Position numbers and translations under genes: made by a program | Notes under the pieces: generated by a model | The model's database searches: none | What the model was told of the DNA's origin: nothing | Seen by the model: only the letters and a program-made list of their open reading frames with translations | DNA from: Balanoglossus misakiensis | Taxonomy: Eukaryota; Animalia; Hemichordata | Direction: 5' to 3' | Length of the DNA stretch: 64,000 nucleotides | Assembly: GCA_040954595.2 (NCBI GenBank) | Contig: CM082588.2 | Location: 124,001-188,000 of the forward strand | Part shown: positions 26,601 to 38,177 of the stretch, in pieces | Layout of the letters: each line of letters opens with the position of its first letter | How positions within the stretch are numbered: the stretch's first letter is position 1

Positions 26601-29600
26601 CATTTCACACAGAACTGCAGCTCAACAGTAAACCAGCAAATAAATCAAAGCTTCCATGATCACAAGATTTCTGACTTACCTGGCAAACACACAAAAGTGA
26701 TGACTGTTTCTATCTTTTTTCCATCAGCACACTCTGTTCCATCTGTGTACGTCAGTTTTAAATTACTTCCTTCAATCGTTGGTGGGTTGTGGTATTTACC
26801 AAGACTTTTAGAAGTAGTTGGGTCTGTGTTAAAAATAGCAAATGAAATCATGATAAGGTACAATCGGCAGTTTGTGTGTGTGTGTGTGTGTGGGGGGGGG
26901 GGGTGTTTAGTCAACCGGTACAGTTTATAACCTGCACATTTCTGGGCCTTTGAACTTGATTTTTCATAGTTATCACACAAAAAGGGGTGGAAGGGTCGTA
27001 CTCACCCACAATACAACCAGCAGAGCCTGTAGCACAATTGGGTGTCAATGGATCACTTTGAAGAATGTCACCACAAACATTTAAGAAATATCGATGATCT
27101 TCTTCCCTATCTCCCTCATCCCGACCTTCTAGTGCCTCCCAGTTTGAACCTTCTGAACGAACAAGCGGTGTGAGATCATATCGTTTTTTGCCGTCCGCAC
27201 TGGTAACTCTGCAGTTGCTGTCTCTGGAATGATCACGGCAGGCGTACTCAGTCTGCCACTCAAAGAAGTATGTGCATTCATCTTCAATTATAAAATCTGG
27301 GCCACCAATACCAGCTGGGGGGGAAAAGAGTCAAACATGAGACTAAATACACCATCCTAAATGAGCAAAGATCAAAACAAAAATACTTTACTGCCCGAGT
27401 GATGGTCAGGGTGTGAGGAATTTATAATATACATTCACTCACCCGTTTTGTTACATTTGAAGTTGATGATGGAAGTCCTCTGAAATGCATTGTGATGACA
27501 CAATTCCCCATGCTTGTAAATTAAAACCAATTCTCCATCTGAATATCTGTAATGGCACAAAATAATGTTACAGTCAACTGGAAATCATAATAAAGATCAC
27601 ACACACAAAACAAACTGCTTTTTGGAAGCACACAGCCTCATTTTCTAGAGGTATGTAAAATACAGGGCATACAGCATAGAAGAACACTGGTAATATATTT
27701 ACCTGAGAATTCTCTTTGAGTTTCTTCCAATGACAGCACCCCATGTACCTCCATCTAATGTCTGACAAACAGCAGCATCTTCATCATTAGTTCCATCTCC
27801 ATCACAGTCCATATTCATGGTTCCACACACATTGATGAAATACGTATAGTGTTTGCCATCCCAGCCAATTCCTCCTGTAGTGTACTTGTTTTCTGTTTCT
27901 GTAGAAACATCATTCTTTCAATTCAATATACATCCATCTCTAAACCAAGCCAGTGAAATTCTTTGCACAGCACTGGTGCAAAAGCACTTATAAAATAAAG
28001 TTTTTCCCAGCAACAGTCGGTTGTAAAAATCATGCGACAAATTGCTTCTTCGTTGGACTGTAACAATTCTGGGCGGTAATTTTTGTTGCCAGATGCACTG
28101 CACATCCAACAAATAAAAGTAAATGTTGAAACCCTCTCAATAAAAGTCTTGTAAAACAGGGATAAAGGAATACCAAACTCACCTGCACTTTTGCTCAAAG
28201 GTGTAAGGTCAATGTCAATGCCATGTTTTTCTTGTGTGAAACCACATTCCCCCTCCTTAGCAACACTGTACTCTATTGGACAGGCATACTCTGTTACCCA
28301 TTCTATATCATATCTGCAGTTGATGTTGGAGAGAAGTACTGGATCCCTTCCCTGGAAAAAAAGATAATCCAGTTGTACATTCCAACTAGGAAAAACTTTC
28401 ATCTGATGTTGGAGTGGGATGCTGGTAGCTGTTCACGTTCATATATATTTTGTTTCCAGAGAATATGGCTAACACAATTGTTTATTCTCACACAATAAAA
28501 CCTTCAGGTTATTTTCTTTTCGTGAAATTTTATACAATACCCTCTCCCTCCCCTTTACTTACCCCACCTCGCATTCCCTCATCCTGGGGGCACACAAACT
28601 TTATTGCAACCTGTGGTTTCAAGCCATTACATTCACTCAATCCAGGGACTGTCTCTGCTTCATACTGCAATGTCAAAATCTTGTCATCTGGCAAGGTTAA
28701 AGGCGACCCCAGGGATGGTGATCCCATGTCATACGGTGTTTGTGTGTCTGTTTTGATCATGCAAGCAGCTGATCCCTGCGAGCAAATCCCTGTTGTGCCA
28801 TCTACGTAAAAAATACATCGGGATTTTTGTATCATATCAACAGTACACATTTTATGATTGTCACCATTAATGCTTTTTTTCAATATGAGGCTGTATATTT
28901 TCACCAAGTAAATTTATCATACATTTGTATAAGCATCGTTCTAAAAATAACATCCATACTGCAGCTGGTCATCAATAGAACAGACTGATTTACCATTTAG
29001 TGTTACATATTTTGAAAGTTTTTTTAAAACAAAATGCAAACCCTTGTTTCTCTATTTCTGTTTTCTACAGAAATTACAAAATTGTGAGATTTAAATACAA
29101 AGTTGTTCAAAGGCTGTTTTGTTTGAACATATTCAAAGCTTCACAAAAAAAGAAAAACAAGGATATTAACAAATGCATTGAAAGAGCATGTTTTATCTAC
29201 TGTGACAACATAAAATGCACAGCTTGTTTGTACAGTGACGGAATTTAACACAACAAATAAAAGGTCCCTGAGAACATTTGTGAATTTATTTTGGATGCCC
29301 CAAATGGCTGATCATACATACCTGTTTCTGGCGTAATATCTCGACACACATTGATGTACAAATCTTCCCCATATTCTGAGTCAACAAGATATCCTCCAAC
29401 AGTTTTGATCAGTGGATTCAAATCTCGCATGTTGTGGTTATCATCATACACATAACATTTTACCTCTTCTCTGGCCGGATTACTGACCGATTTGCAAGCC
29501 ACTGTGCTGTACCACTCAAAGTAATATGTACAACTAGAGTATTCAATGAACTCTGGTGCCCCCTGTCAAAAAATGGATGCAAAAATCAGTCAGATTGGAA

Positions 29601-30832
29601 AATAAAGATTTTGATTTTCAGTCATGCCACAAAACACCACAAATGAAATCTTGTTCTTTTCTATTATTACAATGTATGCATCCATAAGATGTTTTTCTGC
29701 TCCTCAAACATGCCAAATGATCAGTTGTCACCACTCGCTTCATAAACCATACAAAAAAATGTTTCACTGTCTTTGTATACTTACCAGAGTTTTGCCACAT
29801 CTGAAATTGATGCTTGTGGTCAAATACTCATCGCCACTTACAACCCCTGCCGTTCCTGGAGGCAGTGTCACATGATCTCGGTGACAAATGGGTCCACTGA
29901 AATCCAGACGGAAACCACCTTTCTCATCATCTTCATCCATCGAAAGATTTTCTGTGAAATTGCCAATGTTTGAAAATTCATCTTTGTCCTCTTTGCAGAT
30001 AGAACTTCCTCCACATCCCGTAATTCCACTGTTCACAAAGTTTTTGCAAATACCAATATGGTAAACAATAGCCTGGTCACCATCTTTGGTTTGGACCTGC
30101 CAATCCCTGAAACAAAACAAGTAATACCTTGCTTCAATATTGAAAGAAACATGCAGAATTACAATACAATATTCCCTTGCAAAGTTGTGGATATCAGCTG
30201 GTCTATCATATTCATGATATTGGTGTAAAATTCCCTGCATTTGATGCCATCTCTATTGACAATATGCTGGTCAGAGGTATGATCCTGTTCTGTATGCTTA
30301 CTCAAGACATGGAAATTTCAACTTGAATATTTCGTGACCCTGGACGGTCCAAAGTTTCATATTGTTGTGGCAAAATACATATACCAATACATGTGCATGT
30401 ATATTGCACATAGGTCAGCGGTCTATTTACATTTACGCAATCTGTGCAACTGATGCGTCACGGTCACCTGTTCGATAAACAAGTAACTTTCACATCCAAA
30501 ATCCATGGACTCATTACGGAGCTGTGTCCGGTTATTCTATAAGTTAACTTCTTAACGGTTGATCTTTGGTGGAAGAGCGTTGCAAAAAGGGGTGGGTACT
30601 AGATGTGCATATCCCTACACCTATACCTTATACTGTATTATGTATAGCCACGCCGGTCGAAGGTGTTAATTACAAACACTTACCAATAGGTAAGGGGCGT
30701 CAAATCGTACATCCCGGCTAAGCATTCCCCTCTGACCACATTTTCGCTATTTGAAGCGAGTAAGAGTGAGAAGGCTACAACTTTGATGAAATAATCCAGA
30801 AGACTTCCGACGATGAACCTCAACTCCGCCAT
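14645..30832 (-). CDS. IGF2R: Cation-independent mannose-6-phosphate receptor (IGF2R/MPR300), 15 MRH domains, TM helix, cytoplasmic sorting tail
   Basis: ATG at 30832 (MAELRFIVG..., signal-peptide-like). Repeated C..YDLTPL / YINVC / C.Y.F.W.T..ACP MRH motifs counted as 15 domains over GT-AG exons. TM exon ~15538-15690 ([21 protein letters not shown]). Tail has RRCCC, YRYSKV and C-terminal [10 protein letters not shown], matching mammalian YKYSKV and DDSDEDLLHI. Confidence 0.96.
15066..15158. mobile_element. Small piggyBac-like MITE in an IGF2R intron
   Basis: TTAA-CCCTTTCAC ... GTGAAAGGG-TTCA terminal inverted repeats. Related copies occur elsewhere in the window. Confidence 0.6.
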
Positions 30833-30884
30833 GTTGTGGTTCCTCGTTCTGCGCAGACGTCGTGCGTGGATGTCAGCTGTAACA

Positions 30885-30894
30885 GTCACATGAC
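30885..30894. promoter_or_regulatory. MiT/TFE M-box (GTCATGTGAC on minus) upstream of IGF2R
   Basis: gtcacatgac ~55 bp upstream of the ATG. A YY1-like aacATGGCGG overlaps the start codon. Confidence 0.45.
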
Positions 30895-31682
30895 GATCAT
30901 AAGGTCACTGGTCAGCTGTTGAGGTCACCAGTTTGTATTGGGGTCACGTCGTGGTCGTAAAGTAAAGTACATTGAAATCGTACCCCTTTCCATATGATCA
31001 GTTATTGTTTTATTATTAGAAGTCATGTTACGAAAAGCCACCATAGCTAGCCTGATGTATACCTGACAAGTCGATCCCAACAAAATACATTCAACCGAGC
31101 CGAATACTATGATTCAACGACCTGGAAGTGTATAAGTCAGTCTGACCTTGATATAGCCCATACACGTCACACTTTGAACAGCAGGCAAACATACGAAAAC
31201 ATCGTTCCAGGGTACAGGTTCAAGAATTAGCCTTTATTAAGTCTTATAAAAAGAAACTTAGGTAATGTATAACGGTGTGGATATCAGTGAATATCATCAT
31301 CATGATTGCGTAAGCTCAAGGACAATTTGCTTTATAGGCCTAATGCTTTTAAGAAATGTTGCAACGTGAAATGCCTTGAAACTAGGTCACACTTCGAGAC
31401 TGCATCAGAGTACAGTAATTTTATATTCTACAACCGAAAAGGTGCCTCAGTATCGTATGTTCATTTTGAACAATCTTTAATCATTGATGACAGTAGTAAC
31501 GTCTGAAAAGGCTTAAAACAGACAAGGGCAACGCCAAAACACTGATACTAGTATCTCGAGTCCCTTATACGCAATATCTGGTCGCTCTGCTGGCAGGTAC
31601 GGCGGCCCGTACGGGCTATGCCTTAGCACAGAACGTAGCAACAGCAAACACCTGTTGTAACAACTGTCTTACAATTTTCAGA

Positions 31683-33209
31683 ATGGCCACTGCCCAAGAT
31701 ATCCCAGAAGTTACACCACTCGACACCAGTCATGGAGGTACGATGGACGAAAATAAGCCTGCAGCAGCAGACGAAATGTCAAACAAAAAAGCATTTGGTC
31801 GAAAAATGGATTTCATGGAAAGTATGGTCGCAAGCTATTCTTTTTTAGCAAATGTTGCCCATGTGATGGTTGTCGAATCTGCCGCCAAAATTACCGAAGA
31901 AGCCCTGCGACGAGCAGCACTTTTATTGAGCAGGCGACATCCGCTGCTTAGGTCGAAGGTTGTAAGGGAGCTTGATCCAAGAAAGAGAAAGGGGGAGTTA
32001 TTTTATAGGGAGATGGATAAAGACGACACTTTGATTGACTTAAGGGTAGTAGATGAGATTGATTGGCATGAAACCCAGGTGGCAGATGGCAAGACTATGT
32101 ATGATACAGAAAATGGTCCCCTGTGGCGACTGTGGCTTTTGAAGAGTCAAGAAATCACAGCTGACGAGAGTGAAACTGGACACACCTTCAGAACTAACAT
32201 CGTCCTTGGTTACCACCACGCCATCCTAGATGCTAATACAGGAATGAAGTTAATTGATCAACTTCTTACTTATCTCGAAATGGTACACGACGGAAGTGCT
32301 GAAAATCTTGTATTAGAAAGCCTTCCTCTCCTGCCATCTTTTTATGATTTACTTCCTCCGCGAGCGCTCCGTTTTCCATGGTGGCAAAAACCAAAATTAG
32401 CGACTCTTGCATTGAAGGAACTGTTCAAATCCAAGAAGAACCTCTACACCAAACATCACCAAACGGAAATGACAAAAAATCCTGACGTCGCTCAACAAAC
32501 AGAAATTTTGCCGGTTGTGATCTCCTCTTCTTTGACATCAGAAATACTGAAACGCAGCAAACAAAATGGTGTCACAGTTCATGGTGCAATCACTGCTGCA
32601 TCGGCCATTGCCATGGTACAACTCATCTTTGGTGAAGATTTTCAGTCTAAAAAGACAATATCGACGTTGTTCCACACAAACATGAGGAGGTACCTAGCTT
32701 CAGATGTAGGCGATGAGCACATGGGAGCGTTCTTTGGAACAAATGAAATGCCAATCAAAGTTCAAAGAGTTACAAGTGATGAAGAGTTTTGGAAGATTGC
32801 AAAAACGTGCTATCAACAAGTGCATCACATTCTTGAAAGAGATGTCATGGAAGTTACCAAGATATATAAATACTTGGTTGATGATCTTGGACTTGACCTC
32901 ATGAAAATGCTTGTAAACGTAGATAAGACATCGGATGGACGTATGAGGCCTCTGTTCAGCATTTCCAATATGGGAAGATGTGACTACGTCACAAGAGAGA
33001 ACGGCCGTGAATTTGAACTGACTGGCACATATATGTGTGTGGCTGCTCCCCTAGCTGGGCCCATATTTGTCAATAATGTATTCACATTTCGGAGCAAGAT
33101 GTATCTCAGCAATGTCTATTACTCACACATCACCAGCAAGGACCGAGCACAGGAATATGCAGATTTTTTCGTCAGAGCTCTGGAAATTGGCTGCCAAGTA
33201 AACATGTAG
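31683..33209 (+). CDS. CoA-dependent acyltransferase, condensation-domain / alcohol O-acetyltransferase (PapA5/AATase-like) fold; single coding exon, 508 aa
   Basis: Uninterrupted ORF with RRHPLLR, GPLWRL, catalytic GYHHAILDA (HHxxxD) and C-terminal SISNMG motifs. A splice acceptor (ttttcag) lies immediately before the ATG. Confidence 0.85.
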   Translation: MATAQDIPEVTPLDTSHGGTMDENKPAAADEMSNKKAFGRKMDFMESMVASYSFLANVAHVMVVESAAKITEEALRRAALLLSRRHPLLRSKVVRELDPRKRKGELFYREMDKDDTLIDLRVVDEIDWHETQVADGKTMYDTENGPLWRLWLLKSQEITADESETGHTFRTNIVLGYHHAILDANTGMKLIDQLLTYLEMVHDGSAENLVLESLPLLPSFYDLLPPRALRFPWWQKPKLATLALKELFKSKKNLYTKHHQTEMTKNPDVAQQTEILPVVISSSLTSEILKRSKQNGVTVHGAITAASAIAMVQLIFGEDFQSKKTISTLFHTNMRRYLASDVGDEHMGAFFGTNEMPIKVQRVTSDEEFWKIAKTCYQQVHHILERDVMEVTKIYKYLVDDLGLDLMKMLVNVDKTSDGRMRPLFSISNMGRCDYVTRENGREFELTGTYMCVAAPLAGPIFVNNVFTFRSKMYLSNVYYSHITSKDRAQEYADFFVRALEIGCQVNM

Positions 33210-33640
33210 GGTATAGACATTAAAAAACATATCTACTCAATCATCGACAATTGTTCAGTTAAGACCCATGTTGGTAGATTTCCTTGTATGCCATGATTTT
33301 GATATGTATCCCATTATGATTAAAAGGCTTGTCAAAGTCTTCGAATGAATGGTTGGGGTGCACGTTATTCACATGGACACCTCAGGAAATTTTGTGATTG
33401 GCTGGCTAGATCTGGATTGAACTTTCAATGGTATCCATGGCTTAAATTTACATAACATCCATTTACTTTGCCAGTGATTTTATCTCATGTAACTACCCCC
33501 CCCCCCCCCCCTACAGAGATGAATAGTCTGGCCTGGTCTGTTTTTTGACCAGTCCCTATATTTGGTACAGCAGAAGTAAAGTCAAACAGTCGAGACTGCG
33601 CTCGTGTAAACTTTGGTTCGGGAGTGCTGAACACCTGACA

Positions 33641-36250
33641 ATGTCTACTCTTGCCAAACTTGCCATGTGTCATCGCATCGGAGTGCCTGTCTGTCAACGT
33701 CTACTCAGATATGTGGGGCCGGCAATTGTAAGGTAAGTTATCAGGAAGATTCACCACAGATTCGTCAGACATAAGAGGCAGTCTTCATCATATGTGACAG
33801 CGGCTTGATGTTAACATGTATCACCGTAAAATACACAAAAGGCGCGCGCGGAATGATGTTATATTTTCGGTAGTGTTCGCTTATAAGAGGTAACTAATAA
33901 TTATAAGAGAAATTTCATCAAATATGGTCCGACAATCATCATCAATATAAGGAAGCTAATTACCAGACCCAACAAACAAATAAAAAAGTGACATTTTTCA
34001 CAATATGGTCATTTGGGGAAAAAAACATGTTATTCAAAGACCTGTACTAAGAAAGCAATAAATTGGTAATTAAAAGAGCACTTTGCTGAGTAGCTGTTCT
34101 GTCCCACCGTCTGAACCATATAAAAGGTATATGCGTGTTTCAGCACGGCTATTTTCAACCCAGCAACCGCCAGGTGTACGTGGCTTGTTGTACTAACGAG
34201 ACAGTACTCTGGCCAATCACGTACCTCCATATCAAAGTGTCAATAGACAGAGACGAGTGAGGATGACAACATGCTTGATAACATTATTATATTGTACAAT
34301 GATCAATGATGCTTGTATTAGTTTAACCCTGAAGGTTGGTATGCTGATACTAAACATATTTCGTGTTAGATAATTTAATTGCAAAGTACACAAATCACCG
34401 GCACAAAAACACCCCATGTTACGTTAAAACTGGTAACAAAGTACACACCTGTGCCGATAAAAACCACGCAAAGTTTATCACGGTGGCGCGACAACCCTGG
34501 TACGATGTATATTGTTTGCGCTCATTTTCATTAATATGTAGACCTAGGCCAGGTACCATGACCATTACACGTCGAGGGTTGAGTAACAGTATAATTGTTC
34601 CGTGCTTAATAAATTGACATAAAGTACAAGGAGCCGGGTCGATAAATTGATATAAAGTATGAAATGCAGGATAGTTCGTGTCTGGTACCATGGTTTGAAA
34701 TCAGATCAGATGTTAGTTGTTTGTGACACCCGCTCATTTTTTTTCTTTATAGAAATTTCCCCGCAAAAACTAACACGAAAGTGTTGTCAGCAACAATCAG
34801 TCATGCAACACAAACAAAAGGCACGGCAAATAACGAGTCCTTTGGACGGAAGTTGGACTTCGTTGAAAGTACGTACGTCACCCACAACGATTTGTCAAAC
34901 GTCGTCCACGTAGTTATCATTGAGTCCAAGGTCAAGATCACTGAAGACCTCATACGACAGGCAGCATATATGTTGTGCAGACGATACCCGCAACTAAGGT
35001 CAAAGGTTGTAAGAAAAGTCGACCCGGAGACTAAAAAGGAAGCTATGTTTTACAGGGAGATCGAAGATGAAGAACGCTGGGTTGACTTGAGATTGGTGGA
35101 TGAAGTTGATTGGTACTATGCCCAGGTGGCTGATGGAAAGACCAGGTATGATACAGAAAACGGTCCCCTGTGGCGAATTTGGCTTCCGAAGAGCCAGAAA
35201 ATCACAGCGGATGAGAGCGAAACTGGCCACCCTTTTAAAACCAACGTTGTCATTGGTTACCACCACGCTGTCATCGACGGTGAAACTGGAATGACGCTGA
35301 TCGACCAGCTTCTTACTTATCTAGAAATGGTGGAAGATGGAACTGCTGCTGCGCACAAAATTGAAAGTCTTCACTTTGTACCTTCTCTTTATGGCCTACT
35401 GCCGACAGGGTCTCTACGAGTTCCCTGGTGGCGGAGATCTAAGATTGGAATTCTTGCACTCAAGGAACTCTTCACTTCCAACAAGAATCTTTATATCCAA
35501 CACAAGTCGTCGGAAATTGCTCGCAATCCCAAGGTGGCGCAGCAGGCGGAAATTCTGCCGGTGATCATCCCCAGGTCTCTGACGTCACGGTTACTAAAAC
35601 GCAGCAAGGAACATGGCATTTCTGTCCAAGGTCCCATCACTGCTGCCTCAGCCGTCGCTATGGTCCAACTGATATTCGGGGATGATATTCCACCGAATAT
35701 CTCCTTACCAACCATGTTCCACATCAACATGAGGCGATATTTGCCAAGAGATCTTGGGGAAGCAAACACAGGTGCGTTCTTCGGTGCCATGGAGATGACA
35801 ATCGATGTTCCACGGGTGACCAGTGCTGAAGAATTTTGGAAACTTTCGAAAAAGTATTATCAACAGGTGCATCGCATCCTCGATGAGGACGTCATGGACA
35901 TTACCACGATGTACAAATACATATGCGACAGTCTTCGACTTGATCCGATCAACATGATTCTTAAGAATCACGGCAGATCACCCGATGCCCGTTCAAGAGC
36001 CTTGTTCACAATTTCCAATGTCGGCAGGTGTGACTTTGTCACAAGAAAAAATGGCCGCCCCTTTGAATTGGTCGGTAACTACTCGTGTGTAGCGACCACC
36101 AAAATTGGACCCGTTTTTGTGAATCAGGTGTTCTCATTTCGGGGCAGAATGTATTTCAGTTTCATATACTACTCTCACATAACAAGTAGAGAACGCACCA
36201 AAGAGTACGCCAATCTTTTCCTTCGGGCTTTGGAGAAGTACAGCGAGTAG
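33641..36250 (+). CDS. Paralogous HHxxxDG acyltransferase; two coding exons (33641-33732, 34753-36250), N-terminal mitochondrial-type presequence
   Basis: The main exon has RRYPQLR, GPLWRI, GYHHAVIDG and TISNVG, and aligns end to end with 31683-33209. Exon 1 MSTLAKLAMCHRIGVPVCQRLLRYVGPAIV-AG|gtaagt joins in phase 2 to tttctttatag|A AAT TTC CCC..., in frame with the listed GTG-start ORF at 34781. Confidence 0.82.
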
Positions 36251-38177
36251 ATGTATAACATTGTAGATAAAAGAACCAACCCATTCGTTTGGATAGAACA
36301 TACAGAATAATGTATCGATTTACTTTTAAAGACAGATCGACTTAAATTAGTTTACTATAATAAACAAAAGAAGATAAACCATGACAACCAATTTCTGAGT
36401 ATACACATCTAGCAAACCGCAGTAATTTTAGATTTTACGACTTGCCTGGGACAGGGTCTGACCAGCAAAACAACATATGTTAGTATGTGAACAATCGGAC
36501 CAATTTTGGACTGTGCAAAGATATGATTTCAGACTTTAGAGGGTTTCTAACACAATACTCCGATGTACATTTAAATGTTGTCCGCATTGATATTGAACCG
36601 CAGACTGAATCACACACGATCGGAAGTTCGCCTACATCTGAATACAACAATAGTAACCTACAGCTGCAACAAAGTTCAGAAATAAAACTTGACACCAGTT
36701 TGTGTACACCAAAATACACCAATTGCTTCTGCTGGAATAAAGCAATAGAACGCACCTAAATAATACATTAGCGTGTTTCGACAGTTCTTAGGTTTGGAGC
36801 GATTCCTACATGGCCACCGTACCGTCCCGCTGTACTATTACAGTCTGGGGACGCAATGTTGCGGCTAAGTCAATCGTATGGTGGCTATATGTACGTACAT
36901 CATTCATTTATTAATTCGTTCATTCATTCTGACTGCCTGGCATTGAGCTACCATGTACCAAGTTTGATTGCGTGTACTACTGGCTATGTATCACTGCAAA
37001 CGTAGACGATATCACGTGTATCATGCACAGTGGGCGTGTGATTGTCGATCATGCATGTGATTGGCCAATGTCTAATGAATTATTAATTTTCATGTATCAA
37101 AATTTACGTGTGCAATTTTTTGTCGCATACCATGCAGAGGGGCACGTGATCGTCGTTCATGCATGTGATTGGCCAATGTCTAATGAATTATTCATTTCAT
37201 GTCTGAAAACTTGTTTGCGCAATATTGTTGGCGACATTTTGCGCTTTTTAGGAATGTGGAGCTGAACTACACTAACGCCGTCGCCGCGCCTTCAGATGAA
37301 CGCCGTGTCGAGTCACACTTCGTAACTTGTAAGCCTATTTTTAAAAATCTTTTTATACATTTTAGTTCTAGAAACCTCGCATGTGATCAGTGTTCGCTAG
37401 AGAAAAGTTTAGTCAACGGTAGCACCTCTCGCCTTTCGGCCAGAACATTTTACAAATTCTGTCGTCTGCGTCAAAAGTGAAGCTTCCGTTTTGTGGAGAT
37501 ATCAGCGTCCTTCGCTTTCCTTCGGTTTCCTTCGTTTTAGTCTCACCCCCCCCCCCAAAAAAAAAAAAACCGTAACCACAGTCGTCCATTTACAAAAATT
37601 TTAGCGTGGTGGAGAGCAGTAAGTACAATTTATTCCTAAAATGTTAAACGTGTTTTCAGCGTAAATGTTCGTACATTTACACAAAATATTTTCATTTTCT
37701 ACTCAAGATAAAAACGTGTTACGCTGTTCGCGTGTACGAATAGTGCCGAGCCCGGACTTACCCGTTATACATTTTATTCCACGGCCCATTTTATTACTTT
37801 TCCAAAATTATGTTCGGAAATTTTTAAAATTTTTAAAGTTACTTCGCTAATTTTGTCCACGTGCGTCGACATTCGTGGCGGTATTGATCGTTGTTCGACT
37901 CGGAGACGTCGTCTGCGTTAAAATTCAAGCTTCCGCTTTGCAAATAAAACCGTAACCGCGGCCGCAGTTATTCATTTGTAAAACATTAAACGCGTTAGAG
38001 AGCATTGACTGCAATTTTAGGGAAAATGGTGGCATTTTGAGAAGAAACTTGGTGACGCCGACTTGGGAGCATGGTTTTCGATGCATAGCGTTTCAACCAA
38101 TCACAGGTAAGCAGACTTCATTGTGACACAATTCGATCTTCTGATTGGTCCTAAGTTTCATCAGTCGTGTACTGTAC

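Noticed and set aside
14627-30240. Many short plus-strand ORFs over IGF2R
   Set aside because: They are antisense shadows of minus-strand exons, with non-ATG starts and no homology signals.
33192-33209. C-terminal CQVNM as a CaaX or PTS1 signal
   Set aside because: The Cys is fifth from the end, and VNM is not a canonical PTS1.
34781-34783. GTG start given by the ORF track
   Set aside because: The frame is open back to an acceptor at 34752 and joins an ATG exon at 33641.
31683-36250. Bacterial contamination or an operon
   Set aside because: Contiguous with intron-rich animal genes, and paralogue 2 has a spliceosomal intron.
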